A DNA stretch of 64,000 nt, taken from contig NC_043012.1 of the NCBI RefSeq assembly GCF_006345805.1, forward strand, positions 9,300,001-9,364,000. The letters are read 5' to 3'. Made by a program: the position numbers and the translations under genes. Shown here in pieces: positions 1 through 12,783 of this stretch. Position 1 is the first letter of the stretch. The number at the start of each line of letters is the position of its first letter. This DNA comes from Octopus sinensis. Its lineage: Eukaryota. The notes below the pieces were generated by a model, which had not been told where the DNA came from, ran no database searches, and saw only the letters and a list, made by a program, of their open reading frames with translations.

Positions 1-1
1 G

Positions 2-42
<41 letters not shown>

Positions 43-79
43 TATACATGCGCGCATGTGTGTAGACACACACACACAC

Positions 80-112
<33 letters not shown>

Positions 113-190
113 TGCAGCTGTGTGTGTATATATATATATATATATATAATATACATATAAATATATACATTTAAAATTTTTTTATTCATG

Positions 191-494
191 TGCCCTTTTC
201 AAGCCTAGCCAGGCACATGGGCCCGGTTTTCCGGTTTCTATGGCGTATGTGTTCCCCCACCCCTAGCTGGACGGGACGCCAGTCCATCGCAGCATTACTC
301 AAGAAACAGAAAGAAAGAGTGAGAGTAAGTTGGGCGAAAGAGTACAACAGGGGTCGCCACCACCTGCTGCCGGGTCAACGTTGAGCTTTTAGGTGTTTTC
401 ACAGTAAACACACACAACGCCCGGTCTGGGAATCGAAAACGCGATCCTCCGACCGCGAGTCCGCTGTCCTAATCACTGGGCCATTGTGCCTCCA
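191..494 (-). mobile_element. tRNA-Arg-headed SINE (octopus OR-type), tail variant A
   Basis: The minus strand reads TGGAGGCACAATGGCCCAGTGATTAGG...GACTCGCGGTC...GTTTTCGATTCCCAGACC, giving A/B boxes and a TCG anticodon-like loop. The same head occurs at 8298, 41629 and 48509. The tail contains CTGCGATGGACTGGCGTCCCGTCCAG. Confidence 0.85.
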
Positions 495-599
495 TATATA
501 TATATGCTCCTTATTCTCAAGATCTAAACAACTCTCGTGGGTAAACGATTTCGTGAGTTTGACAGCAGATCGCTTACAAACGACATCTGATCTTACAAC

Positions 600-756
600 G
601 CGGCTTACGATCGCTTCAGGGTGCAGGTAAGTACATTAAATACCAAGATCCAACCTGCACCAGGCCAGAACAGTCCGCCCAAGAACATTAGCGTCAATGG
701 GCAAACCCATAGAAGGAGTTGAACACTTCTCATACCTTGGGAGTATCCTTCCGAAG
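600..756 (+). pseudogene. RTE-clade LINE reverse transcriptase fragment
   Basis: Translates as AAYDRFRVQVSTLNTKIQPAPGQNSPPKNISVNGQT, then after a frameshift IEGVEHFSYLGSIL. This matches the RTE pattern KTK..QPAP...I..NG..LE.V..F.YLGS. Confidence 0.75.
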
Positions 757-811
757 ACCCCCACACTCTGTCTCTCCTGTTCCACACAAGGCATGCTACA
801 AATTATTTTCC

Positions 812-1222
812 TTTATTTGTCTCAATCAGTAGATTGCGGCCATGCTGCAGCGACGCCTTGAGGAACTTTTTGTCGAATGAATCGACTTTTATTTTCAAGC
901 CTGGTCCTTACTCTATCCGTCTCTTTTCTCAAACCACGAAGTTACAGGGACGTAAATATACCAACACCAGTTGTGAAGCGGTGTTAAAGGGGCAGACACA
1001 AACACGCAGACACACACACACACACACCACACACACACACACATACACACACACACACACACACAAATGCGGCGGGTTTCCTTCAGTTTCCGTCTATCGA
1101 ATCCACTCGCAAGTCTTTGATCGGCCCAAGACCATACTAGAAGACACTTGTCCAAAGTGCCACGCAGTGGGCCTGAACCCGGAACAATGCGGTTGGGAAG
1201 CAAGCTTCTTACCACACACTTA
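812..1222 (-). mobile_element. Diverged CORE-like SINE (family A)
   Basis: Recognisable family blocks (gcggccatgctg, cagtttccgtcta, agaagacacttg, ccacgcagtggg, gaacccggaac) with an internal (CA)n tract. Confidence 0.8.
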
Positions 1223-1578
1223 CATCTGCAACTGAAATAACTAGGCATTGATGAAAACATATCCTACGAAGTGCTTTGAATAAAAATAGAGTGACCCGAG
1301 TAAATGATACAAAACTTGGCAGTCGGAGCGGATCTCTCCTTTAACGATAAGACAATGTCCCACAATGTATTTTCAGTACCAGTGTTGCTACCAGCATTTG
1401 GGATACTTGACTGGTTTGTAGAGGAAATCCACTGAGTAGACATTAAAACACTCAAGATCCTGACACGAGGTGGAAACTTTCACAGACACAGGGTATCGAC
1501 AGGCTCTGCCTAAGAAGAGATGAAGGAAGTAAAATTTTGAGATCAGCGCAAATAGCTTCTGAATGTTGCATAATCTAT

Positions 1579-1997
1579 CTTATTACACACATGTGAGTGA
1601 GAACACTTTGAGACATTTTTGGTATCTAACATATGTCAGATACTGCGAGCGCTGCTTCTGATTGGTCAATCCATGGTGATGACCCGAGGTCACGGTGACA
1701 GCGCTGCTTCTGATTGGTCAATCCATGGTGATGACCCGAAATCACGGTGACGGCACTACTTTTGTCATTCATAAGTTACAACTAAACGTGAAGAATTTAG
1801 TTATTGGGTTAATAAAATATGGTTGTTTATTCGTGTGTAATAAATAAAATACCAAACTCATTCCCTATGGATACCGTATTTATTACAACTCGAGGCTTGT
1901 AAACGTATCTAACTCGCTTTCGCTCGTTAGATACGTTTACAAGCCACTCGTTGTAATAAATACGGTATCCATAGGGAACTCGTTTGGTATTCTCTAT
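1579..1997. mobile_element. Non-autonomous hairpin element (Crypton-like, tentative) inserted in the Dong LINE
   Basis: Splits the LINE reading frame. TCTAT occurs at both junctions (1574-1578, 1993-1997). Contains a 52-bp tandem duplication and a 144-bp segmented palindrome (1848-1991). Confidence 0.6.
1648..1751. repeat. 52-bp tandem duplication containing ATTGG (CCAAT on the minus strand)
   Basis: AGCGCTGCTTCTGATTGGTCAATCCATGGTGATGACCCGA..TCACGGTGAC starts at both 1648 and 1700. Confidence 0.9.
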
Positions 1998-2256
1998 TAA
2001 GACAGCACCTGTTAAATAACAGCAGCAAAAAGAGGCACTTACTTCTGAAATCCGAAGAGAACAATATCCTGCGTGTCGGCGGCGAGCTCCCCAGAAAGCA
2101 CTCGCTTCCTGACGACCTCCCATACAACTTCAAAACAGCTGGACTAACATACGTCAATGAAGAACTGTATGTGAAACGCTCAGCGTACAAAAACATGAAA
2201 AAGAAAAAGACTATCAAATGAGTGTTAACCGAAGACTTGAAGAAAGCAGTAATATT

Positions 2257-2394
2257 CGTTTCTACTCTAGGTACAAGGCCTGAAATTTTTGGGGAGGAGG
2301 CTAGTCGATTAGATCGACCCCAGTACGCAACTGGTGCTTACTTAATTCATCGACTCCAAAAGGATGAAAGGCAAAGTCGACCTCGGCGGAATTC
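2257..2394 (-). mobile_element. 5'-truncated Nin/Deu-domain SINE with 17-bp TSD
   Basis: Carries AAGGATGAAAGGCAAAGTCGACCTCGGCGG, the reverse complement of the Nin/Deu-like core. TSD AAGAAAGCAGTAATATT at 2240-2256 and 2395-2411. Confidence 0.85.
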
Positions 2395-2515
2395 AAGAAA
2401 GCAGTAATATTGACATGAAACGCAGCCTCTCTTGGACTCGTGAGCGGCACATTACACTTCGAAAGTTATGCATTTGTAGTTCAAGAACAGGTGTTTGCTA
2501 CAAAATTCCTAATAG

Positions 2516-2845
2516 GAGCCTTGTAAGTGGATTTGGTAGACGGAAATTGAAAGAAGCCGCCCGTCCTATATATATATATATATATATAATATATATTATA
2601 TATATATTATATATATATATATATATATGTATGTATATCTACATGTATGTTGTGTCGTTGTTTGTCCCCTCAACATCGCTTGACACCGATGCTGGGTGTT
2701 TTACGCCCTCGTAACTTAGCGGTTCGGCAAAGTGACTGATAGAATAAGTACTAGGTTTCACAAAAATAAGTCCTGGGGTCGATTTGCTCGACTAAAGGCG
2801 GTGCTCCAACATGGCCGCAGTCAAATAACTAAAACAAGTAATAGA
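2516..2845 (+). mobile_element. 5'-truncated CORE-like SINE (family A)
   Basis: gtggatttggtagacggaaa..(TA)n..gatagaataagtactagg..gtcgatttgctcgactaaaggcggtgctcc. Confidence 0.85.
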
Positions 2846-2929
2846 CTATATTTCAACGATGGAGCTTTGAGACTTAGTTAAAAACCATTTTCTTCCTTAG
2901 AGGAAGATTTCAAATAATTAAAAACAGAA

Positions 2930-2994
2930 TATACACACATTCATGCATACATCCATTCATGCATACATACATGCACGCATACATACATTCATAC

Positions 2995-3038
<44 letters not shown>

Positions 3039-3092
3039 GTGTATATGTGTGCATGTATATATATGTAAAAATATTATTTAAAGGTCCAGTAC

Positions 3093-3138
<46 letters not shown>

Positions 3139-3570
3139 AGCGTGTGTGTACACGTGTGTGGGTGTGGTGTGTGTGTGCGCATGTGTATGTGTGTGTGCGT
3201 GTATGTGTGGGTATATTGGAAAATAACCAATTTACGTCACAGGACATGAAACAAAATATCTCAGAAAGCTGTTGTATGGCGGCCACGAATTTTCGATTCC
3301 GCAGCTTTTTAAGTGATTGCGAAAGTAGGATGTCTTTGGTGCACAACTAAAGCATTTTCGTGTTATTGCTTTTATTTCCTATTTTTGGCATTTTTCCTCT
3401 CCCAAAAATTACAAATTCACGATACAGATTTTATTTTTGTTAGAGACCTTGAGGAGAGAATCGGACGTCTGGAGTATTGTTATTGCCGTAGATAAATGAT
3501 TACAGTCAAAATTATATGTGTTTGATGGATTATATAAATATATAGTGCCTGCATATACTCACTCCCTACA

Positions 3571-3638
<68 letters not shown>

Positions 3639-3728
3639 TATATATATATGCATATATATATATATATACATATATATATGTGATTTATGCAGCGCCATCC
3701 TTTTACGTAAGCTATGTTTTGTATGGCC

Positions 3729-3794
<66 letters not shown>

Positions 3795-4067
3795 GTATAT
3801 TATATGTATATATACATAATAGGTAATATAATATGTGTATTTTGATTTTAATAGATGCACTATGGCGGTAAATGTTCATAACATTTGATTCATCTCAGGC
3901 TACATAGTGCATACATACGTATATAGATACATACATACATACACATATTAACTCATACATATATCAATCTATATATACATACATGCATTCTCTCTCTCAC
4001 ACACACACACATATATATATATAAACACATATAATGAATACATAATACCTATACATAATACATGCAT

Positions 4068-4103
<36 letters not shown>

Positions 4104-4209
4104 GAACACATACACACACACACACAAACATACAAGTGTATTGACATATTGAATTCACACTGATTGTGTATATCGATAAGTATATATATACCGATACACT
4201 CGCACGCAC

Positions 4210-4241
<32 letters not shown>

Positions 4242-4681
4242 ACACACACATATATAAGTGTAGGCCTCTGTGTATGTGTGTGTGTGTGAATGTGTGTGTG
4301 TGTGTGCGTGAATATGTATGTGTGTGAATGTGTGTGCGTGTCTGTTCGTATATGTGTTAGTTTCTACAGAAACTAACACATATACGAACAGACACACACA
4401 CATATTCACACACACACATACATTCACACACACACACATATACACAGAGGCCTGCACATTCACACACACACATACACAGAGGCCTGCTGCACAAGCATTA
4501 TTCATATATAAAATCTACTTGCAGTGCTCATATTTCATTACTTTTCTAAAATCACACAGACACACGCACACGCAGGCACACACATCAGCAAATGCACGGA
4601 TACATACATGTGTGTGTGTTTGTCTGTTTGTGTATGTCAGTGTGTATGTATGTTTGTTTGTGTGTGTGTGTGCTGGTGTAT

Positions 4682-4716
<35 letters not shown>

Positions 4717-4720
4717 TTCG
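2930..4720. repeat. Compound microsatellite region: (CATA)n, (TA)n, (CA)n, (GA)n
   Basis: Dinucleotide and tetranucleotide tracts read directly, interspersed with short unique stretches. Confidence 0.9.
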
Positions 4721-4746
4721 CACGTGCTTGTGACTTTTCAATCGTG

Positions 4747-4881
4747 ACATACAAACACACATACAAACACACATACAAACACACATACAAACACACATAC
4801 AAACACACATACAAACACACATACAAACACACATACAAACACACATACAAACACACATACAAACACACATACAAACACACA
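4747..4881. repeat. 12-bp minisatellite (ACATACAAACAC)n, about 11 copies
   Basis: Exact tandem unit. It produces the TYKH repeat in the ORF track. Confidence 0.95.
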
Positions 4882-5281
4882 TTTTATTATTTTATTTCCT
4901 ACAACAAACGAAATTCATCTGGGTTTTGTTTTTACTGTATTTATTTCTCTTACAGATGAAAATAGTTTCGAACACAAATTTGTATTCCACGGAGCAATCG
5001 CAAAAAAGCTTCGACTGCTGCTCTTGTGAAGTTAATATTCCTCTGCGTTCAATATAATAAAAATATGTTGTTGGCAAACAGTTATTTGTGTCTGTATATC
5101 TGTCTATCATACCATGCCGTTGGTGTGGAAATGTTTTATCGTAGCAGTGTGTACTTGGAGCAACTATTTTATTCAGGTGTAATATAAAGCCATGGAAGAA
5201 TCTTTCAATAAATAAATAAACACACACACACAGACACACACATACACACACATAATATAAACACACACATATATACATTGA

Positions 5282-5373
5282 TAGAAATAAGACCTAAACA
5301 GCTGTACTACTGTAGCTATCGCACATTATTGTGCGTTAACTACAGCATTGGTGCGGTTTAGCTCTTATTTCTA
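5282..5373. repeat. 92-bp imperfect palindrome (MITE-like or hairpin)
   Basis: TAGAAATAAGACCTAAAC pairs with GTTTAGCTCTTATTTCTA (17/18). The inner CTGTAGCTATCGCACA pairs with TGTGCGTTAACTACAG (14/16). Confidence 0.75.
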
Positions 5374-5504
5374 GTAATGTGGGTGTCTCCTAACACCTTA
5401 GTCAAATTTGGTGACATTTGTAACTCTCCTTTTTAGTATAACATTGCAAACTGCTGTTTATATTAATTATGCAATGTTGGACCGCTGAAACCTACAAGTT
5501 TTTC

Positions 5505-5661
5505 TTTACATTGTCTCGCTGTTTATTTTCTCTTATTCCTTTCTGTTGAAGAGCGAATGCTCGAAACGTAAAAGATTTTTTCATTTTTCCCGAGCGTCAA
5601 ACTAAAAAAAATGCTCGTTGTTCATACACCTTTCTTCGTCTTTTGACTTTCTATAAATTTC

Positions 5662-5665
<4 letters not shown>
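5505..5665 (+). mobile_element. Penelope pLTR-like short element, hammerhead family 2 (CUGU core)
   Basis: 5539-5574 reads CTTT-CTGTTGA-A-GAGC-GAAT-GCTC-GAAA-CG-TA-AAAG. The element ends in (TA)n. Homologues at 34343, 54792 and 59785. Confidence 0.65.
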
Positions 5666-5717
<52 letters not shown>

Positions 5718-5942
5718 TATATATATTTTATTATAAATAGATGAGTGTATTTTTACCTTGTTAACAATTAACACGGAAACATGTGTCGAAAGAAAAAATA
5801 TTTGTTAACACCTGCGTTAACTCCATTTTTTATTCATATAATATTTTATATACATATATATAATTTCAACTGTTATATATGCATATATATATATATATAT
5901 ATATATATCTATATATACATATATATATATGTATATATATAT

Positions 5943-6102
5943 AGGCGCAGAGTAGCTGTGTGGTATGAAGCAGGCTTCCCAACCACATGGTTCCGAGTTC
6001 AATCCCACTACGTGACACCTCAGGCTAGTGTCTTCTACTATAGCCCCGGGCCTACAAAAGGCTTGTGATTGGATTTGGTAGATGGAAACTGAAAGAAGCC
6101 TG

Positions 6103-6143
<41 letters not shown>

Positions 6144-6175
6144 TATATATATATATATATATATATAAATATCTA

Positions 6176-6258
<83 letters not shown>

Positions 6259-6461
6259 ATGTTTGTGTGCGTGTGTGTGTCCGTGTCTGTCCCCCCATCA
6301 CTTGACAATCGATGTTGGTATGTTTAGGTCCCGTAACTTAGCGGTTCGGAAAATGCGAGTGATAGAATAAGTACTAATCTTACAACGAAGAAGTCGATTT
6401 GTTCGACTAAAGACGGTGCTCCAGCGTGGCTGCAGTCAAATAACTGAAACAAGTAAAAGAA
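5943..6461 (+). mobile_element. CORE-like tRNA-derived SINE (family A), full length
   Basis: Head AGGCGCAGAGTAGCTGTGTGG..GAGTTCAATCCC, internal (TA)n/(TATC)n, tail ..gaaacaagtaaaaga. Confidence 0.9.
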
Positions 6462-6660
6462 TATAAGTATAAAAGAATTTATATATTATACTCCACACAA
6501 GCTTATTATTTTGTAAACATTACCGTTTCATAATATATTCTGCGAAAGTCTACCAGTTCGAAGCTCTAAATGAACTAGCTTTTTGTTATTTTCCAGAGAC
6601 ATTGGCTTATCTCGTATTTTCTCTCACTTCAATGACAGCTAACCAAGTTTTTTCTTCTTT

Positions 6661-6874
6661 TTTACTGTTTTACTTGTTTCAGTCATTTGACTGCGGCCAT
6701 GCTGGAGCACCGCCTTTAGTCGAGCAACCCGACTCCGGGACTTATTCTTTTTTGTAAGCCCAGTACTTATTCTATCGGTCTGTTTTTGCCGAACCGCTAA
6801 GTGACGGGGACGTAAACACACCAGCATCGGTTGTCAACCAATGCTAGGGGAACAAACACACACACACAAACACT

Positions 6875-6914
<40 letters not shown>

Positions 6915-6919
6915 TATAT

Positions 6920-6969
<50 letters not shown>

Positions 6970-7132
6970 TACGACAGGCTTCTTTCAGTTTCCGTCTACC
7001 AAATCCACTCACAAGGCATTGGTCGGCCCGGGGCTATAGCAGAAGACACTTACCCAAGATGCCACGCAGTGGGACTGAACCCGGAACCATGTGGTTGGTA
7101 AACAAGCTACTTATCACACAGCCACTCCTTGC
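6661..7132 (-). mobile_element. CORE-like SINE (family A), full length
   Basis: A box TGGCTGTGTG and B box GGTTCAGTCCC on the minus strand. The block CTTGGGTAAGTGTCTTCT resembles the MIR/CORE domain. Internal (TA)n. Confidence 0.9.
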
Positions 7133-7773
7133 TTCACTTTTAACTTATTCTATTACTAGAAAGAACGACAATCTTGTGACGGTTCTTTTAATACTACTTT
7201 CTATTTCATCTCTGGTGTTTTAAAATCTTGAAATATATATTGTGTAGTTACATCTCGCGTATTCCCTCGATGTTGAATATATACTTATGTTTGATAACAT
7301 GTTTTATTACACTGTTCCCTATCCACCGATTATTTATTTTTTCAAACGAGAAATTTCTTGAAATCACACAATCATTATTTACGAAGCCTGCTGAATGGAA
7401 AATACATAATATTATTTTCTCAATGTAATATGTAATATTGTTGATATTTTGAGGTGTGATATGCCCAAGATTTGTTTTACATGCAATCATTTATCTCTGA
7501 CGAATAAATACGAAATCTCAGTTTTTTGACATCTTAATAACTCTCAGTTTCATCAATACAAGTTATTTATTCAAATTTTTGTAAACGCTTTTGTATTTCC
7601 TTCACTTTACAGTAAATACTACGATATCATCCTTTAACAAAAGTTTACAAATTGGCAAATCAGCGTTTCAATTGATCATTTTATGCTGTGTTTAATAAGT
7701 TTGGAGTTTTCGCTAACATTGTATGGATTCACTCGATAAATGTAAATAGATAACTACGCAATGTCCCTGCATA

Positions 7774-7940
7774 GGCGGCGAGGTGGCAGAAACGTTAGCA
7801 CGGCGGACGCAGTACTTAGCAGTATTTCCTCTCTCTTTACATTCTGAGTTCAAATTCCGCCGAGGTCGACTTTGCCTTTTATCCTTTGAATGGCGGTACC
7901 CCAGCATGACCACAGCTCGTGAGCTGAAACTAGATAATAA
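7774..7940 (+). mobile_element. Nin/Deu SINE head joined to a family-A-like tail
   Basis: GGCGGCGAGGTGGCAGAAACGTTAGC..GAGTTCAAATTCCGCCGAGGTCGACTTTGCCTTTTATCC, then ggcggtaccccagcatgaccacag..ctgaaac. Confidence 0.7.
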
Positions 7941-8297
7941 AAAAATAAAAAAAAATATAAAGAAAGAGAACGGTTCATCCTTTATCTGGTCTCTTAAGAC
8001 ATTAATTTGGGAAGAGTTAGCTGCTACATCTCGCAGGTCAAACATGGAGATTGTTTCAGTAGCTCATCAAACAGGTTGGTTTAAGTCAGCTTGACCACAG
8101 ACCATAACTAACTAAATAGAACCACATGTTATGTACCTAATGCTTTTTTAATGCAATTATTATTTGATGGTATAAAAAACTCTGTTTTACCTGTCTACCT
8201 AATCTATAATCGATTTGTACTGCATAAGTGAAAAAAGAGACATTGTTTTTATGTTTTAAATAGAAATCTAGAGATTAAACTTGGTATATCTCAGACC

Positions 8298-8687
8298 GTG
8301 TGGAGGCGCAATGGCCCAGTGGTTAGGGCAGCGGACTCGCGGTCATAGGATCGCGGTTTCGATTCTCAGACCGGGCGTTGTGAGTGTTTATTGAGCGAAA
8401 ACACCTAAAGCTCCACGAGGCTCCGGCAGGGGATGGTGGTGATCCCTGCTGTACTCTTTCACCACAACTTTCTCTCACTCTTACTTCCTGTTTCTGTTGT
8501 ACCTGTATTTCAAAGGGCCGGCCTTGTCACTCTCTGTGTCACGCTGAATATCCCCGAGAACTACGTTAAGGGTACACGTGTCTGTGGAGTGCTCAGCCAC
8601 TTACACGTTAATTTCACGAGCAGGCTGTTCCGTTGATTCGGATCAACCGGAACCATCGTCGTCGTAACCGACGGAGTGCTTCCATCC
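8298..8687 (+). mobile_element. tRNA-Arg-headed SINE, tail variant B, with 12-bp TSD
   Basis: GGAGGCGCAATGGCCCAGTGGTTAGGGCAGCGGACTCGCGGTC..GTTTCGATT. TSD ATATCTCAGACC at 8286-8297 and 8688-8699. Ends in (TCCA)n. Confidence 0.92.
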
Positions 8688-9156
8688 ATATCTCAGACCT
8701 TCAGTATCTGGAGTGAGTGAAAAGTAAGAGAATACTGTGATATAATTGGTATTATACTAATATGTAGTTAGTTTTCCCTTTATAATAACCTTTTTACAAC
8801 TTCCTAAACATGATGAGCTAACATCTATTTTCATTCACATTTTCTCGTTAACTCTTCATTTTTCCTATCATTCATCAGATTTGTAGGTAGTTCTCAGGCA
8901 TTTATCATCATGTTAATTCATGTAAGGAAAATTTAATACTTTACCATATCCAGCCGCGAAAGCTACAGCGGGGGTATTATAGGTATAAAGAAAAAATATT
9001 GGTTTTAATATTCTTAGTACAGAAAACCTGTTTCAACCTGTATTAATTTGTATTCTATAAGAAAACACCTTCATCCATCAAATCAGACATTTTGTCGTGT
9101 TATATTCCAATACTTTCTGCAGTAATTTCTTTCTGAACTTGAAATAATTTGTAAGT

Positions 9157-9677
<521 letters not shown>

Positions 9678-9849
9678 AATAGACCAGATAAGAGAAGTGC
9701 GGTGAGAGAGTAAATGTTTATTTATAACATTAACATATAAATATGTGTTATTTCTGGCGAAGGAAGCCCATGTTCTCATGATCACAGGGTGGCGCTTTGT
9801 TTCCTTGAGCAAGGCACATCGTTTCATACAGCTCCAGCCTACTGAACGA

Positions 9850-10308
9850 ATATTCGGCAGTTTTAGGCCATATATTTCCTTCCATGGATTAATACGAACA
9901 CAATGGATAATCTGAAACTGTCCGAAATAGCGAAATATAAATGTCATTGCAAACGGAGAAGGTCTTACTGAGTGTACCATATTTTCACTAATTGTTTTAG
10001 GTGCCTTGGTGATCACGAGTAGCTATAAACCTCTGAGCCCTCCCTATCTTAAACTAGCGGAATGTCAACAAAGGAACAGCGGGAGGGGGATAAAGTTGCA
10101 GAAACCAAGGGTGAGTGAGTTTCTATATCTGCTCGTGACTACAAAGGCACCTAAAATAATTGGTAAGAGCATGGTGTAAACAAGGTCTTATCTGTTTGCA
10201 AGCGACGGTTCCATTTTGGTATTTTCAGATGTGTTTATTGTTCAGATTATCCATCAAGTTTATATTAATTCACCGAAGATAAACTCTAGCCTAAAACTGG
10301 CGGATTTT
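9850..10308. mobile_element. Old MITE or foldback element with about 180-bp diverged inverted arms
   Basis: Nested inverted blocks: CAGTTTTAGGC/GCCTAAAACTG, TGGATAATCTGAA/TTCAGATTATCCA, TTGCAAAC/GTTTGCAA, TTTTAGGTGCCTT/AAGGCACCTAAAA, TCACGAG/CTCGTGA. Confidence 0.75.
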
Positions 10309-10604
10309 CTTGTAATGTTCTATGTTTCGAGAACCATTTTGATATTTTACTCGTTTTATAAATTTATACATAACTAAAAAAAATCAATAAAGTATTCATA
10401 TAAAACTTTATATGAAAGTATCATTACGGCCTGGCCAATTTCAGAAGCACCATACGAAAGCCATAAGATATGGAAAGGGGATCTTTCGTGCTGCAGTCTG
10501 TAGTTTGTCCTTAATTACCCTGTCTAACATAATACAATGATTATACAATATGACTATTATAACACACACACACACACACACACAGACACACATACATACA
10601 TACA

Positions 10605-10640
<36 letters not shown>

Positions 10641-10643
10641 TAA

Positions 10644-10856
10644 AGTTAATCCAAACATGAAAACACAAAGAGAAAACACAACAACGCGAGGACGTGGAAC
10701 AAATATAGTATTATTGGACGCTCAGGAAGGAAGGGAAGAAGGAGGGTTTAACGTTTCGAGCGGAGCTCTTCGTCAGAAACATAGGAAAAGGAAAGATCCA
10801 GAGAAGGGAAGACGGAGGAAAAAAAATCGCCAACGGTACACACGCGGTCACATTTT
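10644..10856 (-). mobile_element. Penelope pLTR-like short element, hammerhead family 1
   Basis: Homologous to 53770-53954 and 63288-63493. Flanked by TA-rich microsatellite on both sides. Confidence 0.75.
10746..10780 (-). ncRNA. Minimal type I hammerhead ribozyme motif
   Basis: GUUU-CUGACGA-A-GAGC-UCC-GCUC-GAAA-CG-UU-AAAC: conserved core, stem II GAGC/GCUC, palindromic ACGU stem III, 4-bp stem I GUUU/AAAC. Confidence 0.7.
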
Positions 10857-12009
10857 ATATATATATATGTATATATATGTTAGCGTCTGAGATTCAAAGG
10901 ATATTTGACTGCTATTTCAAGCAGGTTAAGCGACTACTTAGAGGCTTCTCCTTATCATTTCGTCTTATTTAGGCAGTAATGAAGAACAGGAATTATTGCT
11001 AATGTATTTCTATAAATTTTCAATAAAATCTTCAATTTAATTGGAAATAAATTTACAAATTAACAAAGATTTTCTTTCACCATTGTCTTCAACCGGAAGT
11101 CTTACCCCTCATCTAAAATTAAAATCTATGCATCTATTTCCTGAAAATTCTTTGACGCATAACGCTTTGTATTATTGCACTTTTGGTATAATTTCTCGAG
11201 ATTCTTTTCTAAAAGAGGTTTGTTTTCTTTTACTATATCATCTTCAATATAAGCTCTTTGTTAAACACCCTTTCTTATTTCCTCATTCACTTTTCTCAAC
11301 GTATTTCAAGTACATTTTCTGAATTAATTATTCATTTATTTCTATGTATTCAATGTTTTATTTCCGTTATTTACGTATCGCATCTACCGCACGTAACATT
11401 TTTTAACCAGTTGAAGAATCGACATATTTTCATATATTCTTCCTACTATTTGCAAACTCAGTGGGAATTAATTCACCACACACTGTATTTCTTTGTATCT
11501 TACTCCTTTCAGGATTTCCTGAACGTTGTGTTACAGCTAATCGTAATATCCTCAAGATTTCAATTGCTTTACAACATATAATTCCGGTAGACGTTGGCTT
11601 TTGATCTGCCTCACTTAAGAATTGTTTCGTCATCAGTATAGAAACGATTTTCTATAAAACTTTTCTTCTTTTTATTTATAATTCTATTTCATGTATTCTC
11701 CTGTAATGTTTATTCAATAATATTCTTAAACCAGTTCCAATCACCTGCTGTTATTCAATAAATTCATTTGATCTACGAAACTTTATTTGGATTTTTGATG
11801 AGTGTACAGTCAAACGTCATTTTACATTGTTTGCCATTCATCTTCAAAATCGTTCCCAGGTGGCACAGGGAAAGAATGAAGAATGTAGTATTTCACTTGT
11901 CATGGCAATGTTAAACTAAGAGACTATAAATCAACTAAGCAATGATTATTAATTCCTGGCCGTCTGCATTATAGCTTTGCTTTATCTCTTAGCCAGAAGC
12001 GAAGGCATA

Positions 12010-12038
12010 ATAGCAACAACAACAACAACAACAACAAC

Positions 12039-12127
<89 letters not shown>
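12010..12127. repeat. (CAA)n-(AAT)n microsatellite
   Basis: Read directly. Confidence 0.95.
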
Positions 12128-12128
<1 letters not shown>

Positions 12129-12231
12129 TTGTGATAACCATCAGAGCATCACAACAAATCACAGCACATACCCAAGGCACACAGAGCTGCGCTCGGTAGT
12201 GAAGTGAAAGCACGCTATAAAAATAAAACTA

Positions 12232-12284
<53 letters not shown>

Positions 12285-12288
12285 TAAT
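12128..12288 (+). mobile_element. LINE 3' end (Dong/R4-like) with (AAT)n tail, sitting in an (AAT)n tract
   Basis: agagcatcacaacaaatcacagcacatacccaaggc..gtgaagtgaaagcacg..aaaactactg(AAT)n. Dong elements are known to target TAA repeats. The family assignment is inference. Confidence 0.55.
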
Positions 12289-12344
12289 GCTTTCTGCTGA
12301 AGGCACAAAGCCTTGAAATTTTGGGGGAGGAGGCTAGTCGATTA

Positions 12345-12745
12345 CATGTTTTGTCTTGGTATAAAAGACGGGCTACAGCAAATATTCTGATCAAACCACA
12401 GATTTGGATAATTCACCTTTGGAAACATGTGTTTCGTTCAACATCCTTAAGTAACCCTTATTTAGGGACCTTTTGAGTAGGATGGGCTACTCGAAAAAAA
12501 ATTCTAACAGGGCACCATCTGCAAGGTCATGCGCTGATTATCTTGATACAGGATCACCATGTCACGCACATATGATTGTGATGCATGTGTCAGGTGTACC
12601 CTCATCAGAGGGGTAGTCATGATGGGTATGCTGGCTTCGTCTATTTTATCCCAGTGTCACTTTGATGGCATGCACTGCTCTCTCATACAATAATAATAAT
12701 GATAATAATAATAATAATAATATAATAATAATAATAATAATAATA

Positions 12746-12783
<38 letters not shown>

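Larger units (their letters stand above)
1263..2512 (+). pseudogene. Dong/R4-clade LINE ORF remnant, interrupted by two insertions
   Basis: Collinear pieces: NVFSVPVLLPAFGILDWFVEEIH*VDIKTLKILTRGGNFH / IDRLCLRRDEG..SAQIASECCII [insert about 1579-1997] LRQHLLNN..EENNILRVGGEL [SINE 2257-2394] NIDMKRSLSWTRERHIT / FESYAFVVQEQVFATKFL. These are typical R4/Dong thumb and C-terminal motifs. Confidence 0.8.

Noticed and set aside
7498-7520. CTGACGA..GAAA hammerhead-like match
   Set aside because: No stem II pairing or palindromic stem III, so probably chance.
8301-8375. tRNA-Arg gene
   Set aside because: It is the tRNA-derived head of a SINE, with body, tail and TSD, and no proper acceptor stem.
11050-11870. 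Possible ancient LINE on the minus strand (FYTDD-like motif)
   Set aside because: Too decayed to support from isolated motifs. It needs a profile search.
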